A stretch of 63,218 nucleotides of DNA, filler included, from Octopus bimaculoides (taxonomy: Eukaryota), in assembly GCF_001194135.2 (NCBI RefSeq). It is 9 parts of 9 records of this genome, joined end to end, with 100 filler letters (N's around TTAATTAATTAA, not from the genome) between each part and the next. Parts side by side here need not be neighbours in the genome. Positions count along the whole stretch, not along the records: positions 1 to 13,672 come from NC_068986.1; positions 13,773 to 15,588 come from NW_026300299.1; positions 15,689 to 20,066 come from NC_068999.1; positions 20,167 to 26,216 come from NC_069000.1; 5 more parts are not named here. One strand, given 5' to 3'. The number at the start of each line of letters is the position of its first letter. The first letter of the stretch is position 1. The position numbers and the translations under genes were made by a program. The notes below the pieces were generated by a model that made no database searches, was not told the DNA's origin, and was given only the letters and a program-made list of their open reading frames with translations. Below, in pieces: positions 9,999 through 23,312 of this stretch.

Positions 9999-12955
9999 NN
10001 NNNNNNNNNNNNNNNNNNNNNNNNNNNNNNNNNNNNNNNNNNNNNNNNNNNNNNNNNNNNNNNNNNNNNNNNNNNNNNNNNNNNNNNNNNNNNNNNNNNN
10101 NNNNNNNNNNNNNNNNNNNNNNNNNNNNNNNNNNNNNNNNNNNNNNNNNNNNNNNNNNNNNNNNNNNNNNNNATATATATATATCATATACATATATAAA
10201 TATATTTATACACCCACACACACACACACACACACATAGGCTCAGGCATGACTGTGTGCAGAAGTTTAATTCCCAACTGCATTAAAGCCTTGAGTGGATT
10301 TGGCAAACGGAAACTGCAGGAAGCCCGTTGTGTGTGTGCCCGTGTGGGGTGGGGTGCGTGCACGCGCCTGCGTTATTCCCCACCAACGCTTGTGTTTATG
10401 TCCCAGTGACCTAGCGGTTAGGCAAATAGACTAGTAGAGTAAGTACCACGCTTTAAAAAACAATTACCGGGTCGATTCGTTCAACTAAAATTCTTCAAGT
10501 CGGTGCCCCAGCATGGCTGCTGTCTAGTGACTGAAACAAAGATAAAAGATATGCGTGCGTGTGTGTTATCCTATAACCCATGGTTAATTATGTTTTAAGA
10601 TAATAAATGCTAAATGTTTTTGCAGGTATCGAATTTTCAAATTATCAGCAAGAATGAGAATTTGTGCGGGATAATGGAATAGCGTGATCATTTTCAATAA
10701 GTTTTATATACTATAACTTGGAATCTGAAAAAATGACATACATTGCTATGATTGAAATGATCAGTCAAGTCACAATTACCATTATCATAAGAACTAAATA
10801 GGGCAGCTATTTGATTTTTTTTTAAATAATTAAAACAGATAACTACTATCAGATCATACAGGATTGTACTGATTTACCACGTAACTGAATAAACATTAAA
10901 TGTAATCAAGACTTCTGCAATAACATGAAATACAGTAGGTAACGTTTTTAAGAATGTCGTTAGCATCATACATCAGGGATAGAACCTTGTTTAAGAAGAA
11001 CGTATGCAAACTCAGAATTATTTAAATTAGCTACTGTAGTAGGGAACTTTTGTAACGTTCCTCCTCCGCCCCTAACAGCACTAACATACCTTTCTTGAAA
11101 TAGTAAATCTGATGTCTGCTAACCACAGACATAACGGAATCTTGTTTTGAAAAGAAATTATTCAAAACCAGTATGTATATTAAATGTGAAAATAAAGATA
11201 ACGATGTATATTAAGTATAATGACAATGCTGAGAACGGTTTCAACTGAAAGTAGAATGTCTTAAAAGCTAGTTTATTTTCCTTTGTATAAATAACATTAT
11301 AATTTATTGTAATTGACATATTAAAAAGAAAACAATTGATACGCTTATTAACTCCAAAGATCAAATAAAATCATACACTCAGATAGAATGAAAGAAAACA
11401 GTGGTCAAACAGAACCACACTACATGAGGTGCTTAAGGTGAAGTGACATGGAGAATATTACCCAGCTGTTGCTTTCTTTATGTATAACACAATGGGAAAT
11501 TAGTAGATTATCCGAATGATAATCTTAAACTGGTTAAAAGACTTATGTTGAATCACATGGCTTGCCCCACCCACTCTCGGTCTTCAAACACAATCGTCCG
11601 TAATTATATGACAAATGTTGGTTCAGATAGTCTGTTCCAAACAATCTCGCAGCATACAGTAGTCGCACACCCAAATTTGACAAATGAGAGTAAAAGTATA
11701 GCAGCTGAAAACTTCATAAAAATTATGAAAAATCGTTAAAACACAGCGTTAAAGGTTATTATTTTGTTATACATACCTTATTTTATATAAGTCCCCCATT
11801 CTTGAGGATCTTTTCTTCATTGACAGAATATGTAAAGGAAACGTACCCCATAAGCTGAAAACTGTACGAATGAGAATATGTAATCAAAATGATTCGTATT
11901 AAGATCGCGTATTTTCGTTATAAGAATTACTCAGACGAAATGTCAGTTTCGTAAATGTATTTCGCGTTTAACTAATTTAGTTTAGTCCCGTTTAAAAACC
12001 GTCGCTAAATATTTACTGGTACGCCATCACACTTAAGACTCGATTAAAACTGCTGCTACTGGCTTCTTGTTGCTTTCCTCGCACTCCAACTCAGCTACAG
12101 TTCTTACATGTCAATACATACTAAACTCAGAATCAGCACTACCATCCGTTGAAGAGAAGCTGCAACTGACTTATTTCATACTACCTCTTCCTACTGCTGA
12201 TGTCAGACATCGATTTTAATAAATCTTATCACTTATCCATCAGTTTGTTTGAAGCTTCATACAATTTCACCTCTTTCCTTCAAAAGCTAAGCATTTCAGT
12301 ATTTCTTCTTTTTTTTCTTTTCTTTTTTTTTTTTCCTCAATAAGAAACGGTTGTGTGATGTGAAAGTAAAATAATTCAAAGCAGCAACAGGCAATCAAAA
12401 ACATCAATAGAATTACTGGAATTAGGGGAAAAAAAATTAGAGAATAAGCTCCTTTAATAAAATTCATGATTTTCAATTATAATTTCAATATTTTCAATAA
12501 TACTTTTATTATCATTTTCCCTTTATATTTCATCATCATTTAATGTCCTCTTTTCCAAGGTGGCATTAAAATTGAAAACAAAATCATAAGATTCCTTTTA
12601 CTCAGGGTCTTTCCTTTCTTAGAAAATTTTGATTGTATATTTCTTCCCATCTTTCAAGTAAAGAGCAAATTTTTAAAAAATATATACTACTGCCTTCAGA
12701 CCTAATTTTTTCAAAAGTTTTATTTGGAGATTGTGGAATCTATTACATTTTAGTGGGTCAATGTTAGATGCTTGTGTAGAAACTTAAGAGTTTCACAACC
12801 ATGAAAAGACTTGCTGTCAACTTTATCTAATAAAACCAGAGTGAGAATTAGCTGCCGTTTAAGATTTTAAAAAACTGCTTCTTTAGCATCTATATCAGTA
12901 CTTTATCATCTAAACATTTCTAAACACACAAAAACACATACATGAACACACACAT

Positions 12956-12993
<38 letters not shown>

Positions 12994-13269
12994 TATCATC
13001 ATCAATATTAGACTTATAACATCTACTTCTTCATGCTGCATGGGTTGAATGAAGTTTATTGAAGCAGATTTTCCATGGCATGATGTCCTTCTTATCACCA
13101 ACCTTTACTAGTTTACAATCAAGGTAATATTACCCCATAGACAGACATGTATTTGCAGAATATATGAAATGAATGACATTCATTTACAACAATCAAGCAA
13201 TATCAAGAGATTCAAATATACATACACGCATGCACACGCACACATACATACATACATGATGATGACCAT

Positions 13270-13672
13270 CCACTTGTGACCAAGGAAAACCATTGCTGAA
13301 CTTTAGGAACATTATATTAGGACTAACTTATATTTTGCATTTGTGGCTCCGTTGGTGGCTAATGAGCCCTGCTCTTGACAAACATACACGACTGCAAACA
13401 TTGCAGACCAAGCTTTCCCCATTCACTATACGAGCCGTGCGCTTTTGTGCAGCTCGCTTAAGTTCTTCATGCAGGATACGTGCTCTCTCAAAAGTGTCAA
13501 CCCCCTCCTTAACCTGCTTCCTCCATCTGTGGCAATGACAGGCATTGCTCACCTAGTTAGTCTTCTGCATATCACAGGCCTTTAATGAGGACTTGACACA
13601 GTCCATAAATCACAACCTTGGTTTCTGCCAGGGTCTCTTTCCACTAACAAGTTCCCCATATAGCATCTGTTA
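13270..13672 (-). mobile_element. RTE (BovB-like) LINE 3' end
   Basis: LYGELVSGKR...KPRLRF.DCVK...WRKQVKEG...CNVCSRVCLSRAGLISHQRSH (C2H2 terminus). Confidence 0.85.
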
Positions 13673-15688
13673 NNNNNNNNNNNNNNNNNNNNNNNNNNNN
13701 NNNNNNNNNNNNNNNNTTAATTAATTAANNNNNNNNNNNNNNNNNNNNNNNNNNNNNNNNNNNNNNNNNNNNCACACACACACATATATGCGCGACACGT
13801 AAAGAGTAAGATCCCAGTATGAATTCCATGTAGAGATTTTTCTTCTATTTACACTACATAATGAGATATTTTCTAACGATGCCGTGGCGTTGAATCGAAC
13901 TTGATATAAACTCCTTGCTAGAAAAGCACTTGTACAGGCAGACATGTGTATTCAAAATATTTAATCATGTGGTCCAACCAACATTATCTGTATTTAAAGA
14001 AGTTGAACTTAAAAGAACTTGAAAATCGTAGTGAAAAGAGAATATATCATTAGAGTTTAATATTTAATCCTACGTCTTTTCTTATATTTGAAACAACCTT
14101 CCACTGAATATTTATTTTTGTAGCTACTCATATGCTCTGAGACATCATCATTGTCGTCATCATCTTCTTCGACTCCNNNNNNNNNNNNNNNNNNNNNNNN
14201 NNNNNNNNNNNNNNNNNNNNNNNNNNNNNNNNNNNNNNNNNNNNNNNNNNNNNNNNNNNNNNNNNNNNNNNNNNNNNNNNNNNNNNNNNNNNNNNNNNNN
14301 NNNNNNNNNNNNNNNNNNNNNNNNNNNNNNNNNNNNNNNNNNNNNNNNNNNNNNNNNNNNNNNNNNNNNNNNNNNNNNNNNNNNNNNNNNNNNNNNNNNN
14401 NNNNNNNNNNNNNNNNNNNNNNNNNNNNNNNNNNNNNNNNNNNNNNNNNNNNNNNNNNNNNNNNNNNNNNNNNNNNNNNNNNNNNNNNGAGGCAGAGGTG
14501 GCGGTGGAGGTGGAGGCGGAGGTGGCGGTGGAGGCGGACAGCCGCATCAACATCGTTCACCATCATTAACACCATCATCTTTATTATGAGCAGTACCATC
14601 ACCTTCATCGTCATGGTACATCGTCACATCTATTTCTCAACCAACACCACCTCCACGGCAACCACCGCGTCCACCACCATCATCATCATCATCACTACTA
14701 CCACCACCTATCAACATCGTTCCTCGTTGTCATCATCATCATCATCATCATCATCATTATCATCATCATCACTTCCCAAAAGTACATTACCTTCCAACAC
14801 GTCCTTCATTTTTTTCTTATTACGATCTCATAACGACCCGGATAACTCAGCATTTACGAACCAATCGCATCAAGATCCAGAAATAGGACACATCTTAATA
14901 TTGTCAAGTAACGCAATGTTCCTATTTCTATATTCATAACTAATCTGTCAATGTCCTTATAGAACTCATTGTTTATTACAACAAGCTGTTTATATCGGAA
15001 ATCTAATTATTGACGTATTCGTTAGCTGTCATATTTCTATATTTACGGCTGAAATATCTTCCATTTTGAGAGCGTTTCTATAACAACATTATACTTATAC
15101 TGTTGATAGTATTATACTATTGATAGGATTATAGTATTATAGTGTTGTACTATTGATAGTATTATAATATTATATTGTTGTAATTTCTTTTTAGAAAATT
15201 ATATCATGCATTTTTATGTACTTTTACAGACAACCTTATGTTATTGCAGTAATCAAAATTTCCAGAGTAATTTCAAACTGGGATATCTTAAGTTGGGTGC
15301 AATTTCATACGTGTATCACATTAACGTCTATGCGTTAGCGCTACACAACTTTGCGTCCGTTAAAGTTTCTTCAGCGGAGAAGATAACTTAAGTGTGAGAG
15401 AAGTATTGTTTTACAAGACTCTCTTAGCACTGCAAGAAGACGTTAAATTATTCTTTGCTATCTTTTCGTTGTTTCAGTCATGGACTTCGGCCATGCTGGG
15501 GCACGGCCTTCCAGGGTCTTTTTACTCGAACAAATCGATCCCTAGACTTATTGTTTTGTTGAGTATGGTACTTATTCTATCGGTCTCTNNNNNNNNNNNN
15601 NNNNNNNNNNNNNNNNNNNNNNNNNNNNNNNNTTAATTAATTAANNNNNNNNNNNNNNNNNNNNNNNNNNNNNNNNNNNNNNNNNNNN

Positions 15689-15728
<40 letters not shown>

Positions 15729-16429
15729 CACGAATATATATCCACACATTCGCACACGCATTTTTTATATTATATTTGTAACTTGAATGTAGGTATGTGA
15801 CAGAAAATTTTGATGTACTTCGAATCGATGTCATGTACTATCCGTACTGAAGTTATACTACCTTAAGAAATTGCCTGTTTAGCTGGTTCCCAGGCCGGTC
15901 TTTACTTTCTGGCCTAGAGGAAGGCTTTATAACTATGGTCACTTACTATTTGTAAATCAACACAAGCTGAAAACATGAGCAAGGACACTGTTCCGAAAGC
16001 AAAGACTGTACGTAGTAAATATTGTGAAACTTGTGTGGTCGAACACAACAAATGTTAATAGACGAGCAGCATGAATGTTAGAAATCCAAAGTAAAATTGT
16101 TTTCTTTTCTGGTACAGATGCAGTTCGACCGAGCGAAAAGTGACTAGGGAATGCTCGCTGCGTGGCTATTACAGATCGGTCGTTTTCATAAGGCGCTTGA
16201 ACAGAACAACAATTGTACACCACTCCAATTCATGATGAGTTCTAAAAAAGAAAGAAATTTTTGAGCAATAATGGATGAATACAGAAATGGTAGAACCTAA
16301 AGCAAGAAAAATGTTTGAGTAATGAATGATGAATACGGAAATGGTAGACCCTTCAAACAGGAAAAGGACTTCCAGTAATTAATAATAAATAGAACAATGG
16401 TAGATTGTAGCCTTCCAACTGAAACCTAT

Positions 16430-19400
16430 CGCGCCTCTCTACGTCTATTTAAGTACACAAGATATTTCCTCCAAATTTGGGAGATCATTATGTCTCACAT
16501 TGTATGTTACTACGTTTGAACCCCAGGAAAGCAACTTTTCTAGCTGGTTAACGACACACAAACTTTATCTGATATATTGTAAGGGAGCAAAACACACCCC
16601 TCTAGCTTGGTATAACCAGTAGGCCATGGTGTCTGGGTCTTTACTCGTCGTCTGTACTGGATATCTAGTAGCCATTTGTTGCAATATATTTTTTATTTCG
16701 TTTTCGGCTTCTAGTGTTTTACTGTATTTTGGTATTAATCATGACAAACCATCTGCATATCTCAATTTTTTCGATTTCAAATACTCCATCTTAAGGTCAT
16801 AATTCAGTAAGGAACGTTCCCCAGCGCTGCAATCTGTTGGCTGTATCAGTGGGGATACTCTTTTTTGATCCATAGATCGGTAATAATGGTTGGGGGTCTG
16901 TTTGCAGCTGGAACCTTCTTCTTTGTATAAATTTATGGAATTTTTTTTTACCGCAAATATGATGGCTAATGCCTCTTTTTCTATTTGATTGTAACTTAAA
17001 TTTTCTCAGCCGGCAATAATAAACGCGAAGCATGAGCTACAATCACAACTCCGATACCACTTTCAGCAGCATCTGCTGCCACTACTATTTCTAAATTCGG
17101 GTCAAAATGTGATAACGGCAATTCCGACATTAAGACGTTTTTAATTTTTTCAAACGATGTTGGCATTTGTCTAACCAATTCGATTACCTTCTGTTTTTTT
17201 TAACAAGTTATTCAGGGGTGCTCTTAAGTCATGCATATTTGGTATGTATAACTGATAGTAATTCGGAATCCCAAAAATGCAGTAACGTTGTAATGTTTAT
17301 TGGAGGAGACATTTTATATTGTACTCGGCCTAGACGGGTCTGGTCTGCATCAATTTTCATCAATAATCTGCCCTCGATATCGTATTCTTGGCATAAAACG
17401 TTCACACTTTTCTCCGCTGAGCCTAAGTCCACAATCTTTTACTCTTTCGAAGACCTTTTAAATATGCTCAGCATGCTGACCTCGAGATTCACTTTCTATG
17501 AATATGTCGTCAACTTAAGCTACAGCGAAATCCAAATCTGCAAGCATAATATCCATGATTTGTTGGAAAATGCCAGGCGCTGCATTTATTCCAAAGGCGG
17601 GTTGATTAAATTTATTCAATCTTTTATGGATATTTATTGTCAATAATTTTGAACATTCCTCATTGACTTTAACCTGTAAATATGCTTCAGATAGGTCCAA
17701 TATTCGAACAAAGTTTTCCTCCATTCGGCTTCGTGAAACTTTCTTCCAGATTTGGTAACGGGTAATTATATGACATTAAATATTCGTTTAATCCCGTTGA
17801 GAAATCAGCGCATACTCAGATTTTATTATTTTCGTCTTGACATTAGCTGTTGGGGACGCCACTTTTGTGTGATCAATTTTTCCAAGCTTTTCAAGTCTAT
17901 CCAATTTTTCGTTGACTTGTTTAAACGCTGCGAAATGTACCGTTCGTTTAGGCTTAAATACAGGTAAAGCGTTTTCTTTCACTTGAAACTTCGCCTCTGT
18001 TTTGGTGCAAAACCCAATTCCTCAGGAAAAAACTTCAGGAGACTTTTTTTTAATTCTTTTTTTTTTTAAATCATCCGATGCCTTATTTGTACTGGTGGAA
18101 GAACCATTCATATTTTTACAAAGAATATTTATGAGAAGGCCCCATAAGTTAAATAATTCCATCCTGTCTGTTCCAAATACATTTTTCGTATTTCTCAATA
18201 TAAAAAAAATTGGCGTTCAAGGTTTTACCACGAAATGTAACGTCACTTAACATTTCGCCCATAAAATGCACTTATTTTCCTGAAACACCTCGCGCAATTT
18301 TCGAAGTTTCCTTTAATCTAGGTTTCCCTATTTTTCTCCATGTATCTGCATTAATTATCGTGATATCACTGCCGGTACCCAATTGTAACTTGATATTAAT
18401 ATTATTCATTTTTATGGACACACTTTTTTTTTTCTGAGCCTCCCTTAGAATTTGTTTTTCAAAATAAATCCTTTCTAAAAAATTCTTTTTTAACCTTTTA
18501 TTTTTGTTTCGCTATATAATGTGAGATTTTATGCTCAATTTTTCGATAATTAAAGCATTTACGATTTTTAAAAAAGACAATTACTTTTAAAATGTAAACT
18601 TCCGCACCCGTAGCATGGATTTGTTTTGACGTTCGTTTTTCTGCTTCTCTTATCCGTTTCAGGTCGACACGCATGTATCTTCAATTTAACCGCGTCATGC
18701 GTCATGTCTTAAATCTATTGTCTTCTGGCATTCTTCAACCACTGCCTGTAGTGTTAATTTTTGATCCTGCTCTAACTTTGTTAATATACGAGAACGCAGC
18801 AAATTTTCTTGCTGCTAACCCTTGTAAGAAAATTAGACATTTGAATAAATCCGGAGTAACTTGGTTTAATTTGAATTTTTCACACTCTCTGTTAACGACA
18901 CCAGCATAGATGACGAAATCTTTATCGTTTTTAACTAAATTTAATCACTGCCAATGAGTATTGAACAAGAAAGTTCTTTCACTTAAAATTCTCGATAACA
19001 TAACTGTTTCATTGAAGCAAATCGTACCTTGTTTTTTCGGCAGAATATGATTACTGTATTTTTTTGTGTTCGCAGGGAATAACTTATTGCAAAGTAGTCG
19101 CATCTCGTCATTCCAAATTTGACATTTTTCTTCGAGGATTTCTTAGTATCAATTGAAATATGCATAACAAACAGTACCTTCTTCTCGGTTATAAATAAAC
19201 ACTCCAACTGAATTTGCTACGCTGCCTGACAAGGAGGAGCCTCAAGTATTTTCGGATTTTTTCAACATTACTTCCAGTAACTGTTGGTATTGGTGTTGTT
19301 GCTGTTGTAGTTGTAACTACTGTTGCGGTTGATGTTGTTGTTGTAACTGCTTTTTTTGCTGTTGTTCCTGTTGCAACTGTACAACGCAAGCCAGCAAGTT

Positions 19401-19430
19401 ATGTATGATAATTTTTTTTGGTTTCGTACC
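16430..19430 (-). mobile_element. Degenerate Ty3/Gypsy LTR retrotransposon internal region (K02A2.6/Mag-like)
   Basis: Fragmented gag (Q-rich N-terminus, CYGCGSLH...C knuckle at ~18.5-18.6 kb), protease LQL(G)TGSDI at ~18.37 kb, RT (LDLSEAYLQV...APGIFQQIMD), RNase H (VAADAAESGIG, ANRLQRWG). Many stops and frameshifts; integrase core missing; no LTR pair found. Confidence 0.9.
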
Positions 19431-19667
19431 AAAAACATTTATACGTCCGACGCAGGCTTCGAATAACTTCTATATCGTTCTATATCCTTGACACACGTAG
19501 GATATATAAATTACGCAGCGGAGGTTTAATCAATGTGTTCACACGACGTACTTCGTGAGACTACGAAAACGCTCAATCTCGATTACTACCGACTTCTTAT
19601 CTTTATAGGAGTTCGGCTAGTCCATTCTTCCAATCACACAGGGGTGTCGATGATTCCCATACCAACA

Positions 19668-19825
<158 letters not shown>

Positions 19826-20027
19826 TATGTGTGTATGCATGTATTCATACATGTATATACGTTGGAGTCTTCCGTCGAAGGTGACGTATGACCGTTCAAC
19901 TATTGTTGCACGACCTGCACAAAAGATGTGTTTATAGTAATCAAATGTTCTTGCCGCTCATTATCTCACGCTCCTCGTGAAATCGACGTTATCTGAAAAG
20001 GTGCACATGCATATATGCATGTTTGTT

Positions 20028-20066
<39 letters not shown>

Positions 20067-20450
20067 NNNNNNNNNNNNNNNNNNNNNNNNNNNNNNNNNN
20101 NNNNNNNNNNTTAATTAATTAANNNNNNNNNNNNNNNNNNNNNNNNNNNNNNNNNNNNNNNNNNNNATACTACCAAACAAACATGATTTTTATTGACCTC
20201 CTAATACTTTTTGCTGAATACTCTCTTGTAAACTGTTTTTAACATTTTCTTATTATTATCAAAGAATGTATATCTGTATTTTAATACTTTTGTGGTAGCC
20301 AGTACTTAACACAACAAAGCTTATACAGAGCTTTACATTTTACTTTTGACAAAAAAGTGAAACCTGTCAAGTGAATAAACATCTTTAAAATTGCATTTTC
20401 AAACCTTCTTTCATATATATTTCCACTCGTGCGGTATCTTACAACTTTAC

Positions 20451-20586
20451 CTTGTTATATTTATATATATCCTTGAGAGAACATCCTGCTTTTCCATGCC
20501 CCGAGGTAAAAGATGGGACGGTCACCTCTTTTTCCTTCGTGTAAGGAAAAATATCTTTAACCATAAGTCTGCTCGACCAGGAACAT
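20451..20586 (-). CDS. Candidate internal exon, unidentified gene
   Basis: tttatttctaag acceptor, AAG|GTAAAG donor. One open frame, CSWSSRLMVKDIFPYTKEKEVTVPSFTSGHGKAGCSLKDIYKYNK, phase-compatible with 26384-26472. Confidence 0.3.
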
Positions 20587-21224
20587 CTTAGAAATAAACA
20601 ACAACAACGACAAATAACTTTTTTTTTCCGCTGCGTACAAACAAAATTTACATGTAGATTTTGCAAACATCACGAAATTCTTCAGGACACACACCCTTCT
20701 ATGTAAACACAGATCTTTAAAAAATACCCAATAATAAATTCCTGGAAAGTCCTTGATTGCTATAATATTTCTACTATTCAGATATAGGCGTTGCGTGGAG
20801 AATTTTGTGATGTTGGCAAAAAAAAAAACTAATAATATGCATACGATATTAGTTTTTAGCAAATATCAAATATAATAAGATATAATATTTCACATCTAGC
20901 TACGGAGATTATGGCAAAAAGTAGTTGCTGTTGTTGTTGTTGTTCTTGTTTTTGTTCTTGTTGATCAGCCTCGTGTCAATTCTTATCGTGCAGTCCAAAA
21001 CATTCGTAAGTCTTTTCCTTGTTGTTGTGCTTTGTTTTTGTTTTTGGTTGTTTTCTTGTTTTGTTTTGTTTTTGTTTTATTTATTTATTTATTTATTTAT
21101 TTTACTATCGCTTGTTTATTTTCATGCGTGAAAATCTATTTATCGATGATTTTTAGGTTTGGTTTGATTTTGTTCTATTGACGAGATGTAATAAGCAGCA
21201 GCGTATAATTAGTTCACAGCCTAC

Positions 21225-21475
21225 GGGCATATGGCGTAGTGGTTAAGAGCGCGGGCTACTAACCCCAAGGTTCCGAGTTCGATTCACGGCAGCGACCTGA
21301 TTAATAATAGTAATAATAATTATAATAGAATAATTGTAACATCGTTAGGAATGAGAACCCAGGTTCGAAATTTCCCCAAGACACCTGACGAAGGCTGGAG
21401 GGTATATCAGCCGAAACGTTGTGTTAACAACAAACAAGATGAGGACAAATATTCGTCAAATGTAAATAATGATAT
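21225..21475 (+). mobile_element. tRNA-derived SINE-like composite: pol III head + (AAT)n + hammerhead tail
   Basis: A box TGGCGTAGTGG, B box GAGTTCGATTC, then an AAT-rich spacer, then the HHR and AATGTAAAT repeats. Same architecture at 62799-63218. Confidence 0.75.
21380..21425 (+). ncRNA. Minimal type I hammerhead ribozyme motif (intact-looking)
   Basis: GACAC-CTGACGA-A-GGCTG[GAGGGTATAT]CAGCC-GAAA-CGTT-GTGTT: stem I GACAC/GTGTT, 5-bp stem II, palindromic AACGTT stem III, putative GUU site after 21420. Confidence 0.75.
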
Positions 21476-21623
21476 AATTAGTTATTCCTTGTTATCTGCA
21501 AAAAAAACAAAAAGGCTGTCATTTCATAAAGCATGTAAATTAAAATTTGACAACTGAATTATTTCGTTTTTGGATTTGGTTTGCAAGATTCTTTATGTGA
21601 GTTCGTGTGTTGAAGCATATTCT

Positions 21624-21819
21624 GTTGTGTCTGGGGTGAGTCATTCTTTTTTAGTGCCTTATAATTTAACACACTGACCGGTTAAAATTTCCACTTATTT
21701 CCGTCTTTATTTTTCTAAAATTTTCTTTGCGAATTGCAACCTTTTCAAAGTGGAAATTTTACCGGTGAGTGTGTTAAATTATAAGGCACTAAAAGAGAAT
21801 GACTCTCCCCAGACACAAC
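21624..21819. repeat. Inverted repeat, ~72-bp arms, ~50-bp spacer
   Basis: 21624-21696 versus 21748-21819. Confidence 0.9.
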
Positions 21820-22289
21820 TAAATTATTAATTTCTTCAAATTACCTCCCTTTTTCTGTTAGGTTTGCTGATAACTGCCGCTAAGCATTTAATTTCTCTGT
21901 CCAACTTCTATTGACCTGCTTCTTTGATTCCCCTATACATCACTGATCACAGTGTACTTCCATTCTTGCCTTGATTGCACTTGTCGTATCTATTTGTTCT
22001 ACAGCTGTTTAACTATGTTGCCTTCCCATAGTCTTGGAAGTTTTCCCAGTCGTCTCTTCGGTAATGATGGACAAACACAAAGACACACACAGATGGTTTC
22101 AAAAAGTTATCAGTCTAGTTCTGTAACGCGCCAACAGATGGCAGCACACGGTTGCATGTGCAGTGAGAGCTAACAATGACCTTCATGAGACAGTGAGCCG
22201 TGTGACATAGCTGTGTTTACTTTGCAAGTTGTGAAATTTGAGTTTTTGTGATCACGTGTATGATGGAGTCTGCGATTGTTGCCATGAAC

Positions 22290-23235
22290 AGAAAGTTGAA
22301 TAAGGGGGGACACCACCCACTAAGACAGCAAAAAAAGTAAAACAAAAGCCAAACAGGATATCTTGAAGGAGCTATGCAGATTGTGGAAAGAAAAACCATT
22401 GCATGAGCAATACACCAAACGAGCCGGAGAAGCTGATGTAGATATAAGAAGAACCTATTAGTGGCTGAAGAGTGTTGGTTTGAAAGTCGAGACAGAAGGA
22501 TTCATCCTAACAGCACAAGACCAAAGTCTTCTCACTTGGAACTATCAAGCTAATGTCACACATAATGAAGTAGACACAAAGTGTAGACTCTGCAGTGACA
22601 AATTTGAGAGCGTCGACTACATTGTTGCCAGTTGTTTAGTCCTTGCCCCTACAGAATATAAAACCAAGAATGGTCGAGTTGGCCAAACTTACACTGGAGA
22701 ATATGCCGTCACTATTGTATCCCACACCCTAAGAACTGGTATGAACACCACCCAGAGCCAGTCACTGAGGGAGAGAATGTTACCATCCTATGAGATTATG
22801 GAATACATACAGACAGGGAAATAAATACAGATGATTATGGAATACATACAGATAAATACTGACAGACCAGACATCGTCATCAAAGACCTAAAACAAAAAA
22901 TATGCCTGTTAATTAATATGACAGTGTCTTCTGACAGAAGCATCTCAGCAAAGGAATTTGAAAAATTGTTGAAATATAAAGAACCTTGAGATTGAGATAT
23001 CTAGAATGTGGCATCTAAAAATGAAGACCATCTTTGTTCTTGTAGGTACCCTGGGAATGGTCAAGAAATATACTGATAAATTTTTTGACCAGATCCCTGA
23101 GAAACCAACAGTCTATGAAACTCAAAAAAGTGTGTTGAGATCAAACACCCACATTCTGAGGAAGTTTCTCTCCATCTAATATTTGCGTGCCTTAGCTCAC
23201 TAGTTGGGACTCGGTCAAAAGATGAAATAAAATGC
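22290..23235 (+). mobile_element. R4/Dong-type LINE 3' portion
   Basis: WKEKPLH..., LKVETEGFILTAQDQSL...CRLCSDKFESVDYIVASC, DRPDIVIKD. Ends in (AAT)n. Confidence 0.85.
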
Positions 23236-23261
23236 AATTCAATCGAAAAGTGATGATAATG

Positions 23262-23312
<51 letters not shown>

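Noticed and set aside
13717-13728. TTAATTAATTAA islands centred in N-runs (also 15633, 20111, 26261, 31482, 34542, 54389, 62109)
   Set aside because: An identical 12-mer with stops in all six frames, always between two ~50-N runs: an assembler gap spacer, not biology.
16119-16240. Plus-strand acceptor followed by a 39-codon frame
   Set aside because: No donor or partner exon, no recognisable homology, and it lies next to the Gypsy relic.
19545-19585. CTTCGTGAGACTACGAAAACGCTC hammerhead-like text
   Set aside because: The core lacks CUGA and no stem I is evident.
21225-21300. tRNA-like sequences (here and at other SINE heads)
   Set aside because: A/B boxes are present but there is no complete cloverleaf or acceptor stem, and each is fused to a repeat body. 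These are SINE heads, not tRNA genes.
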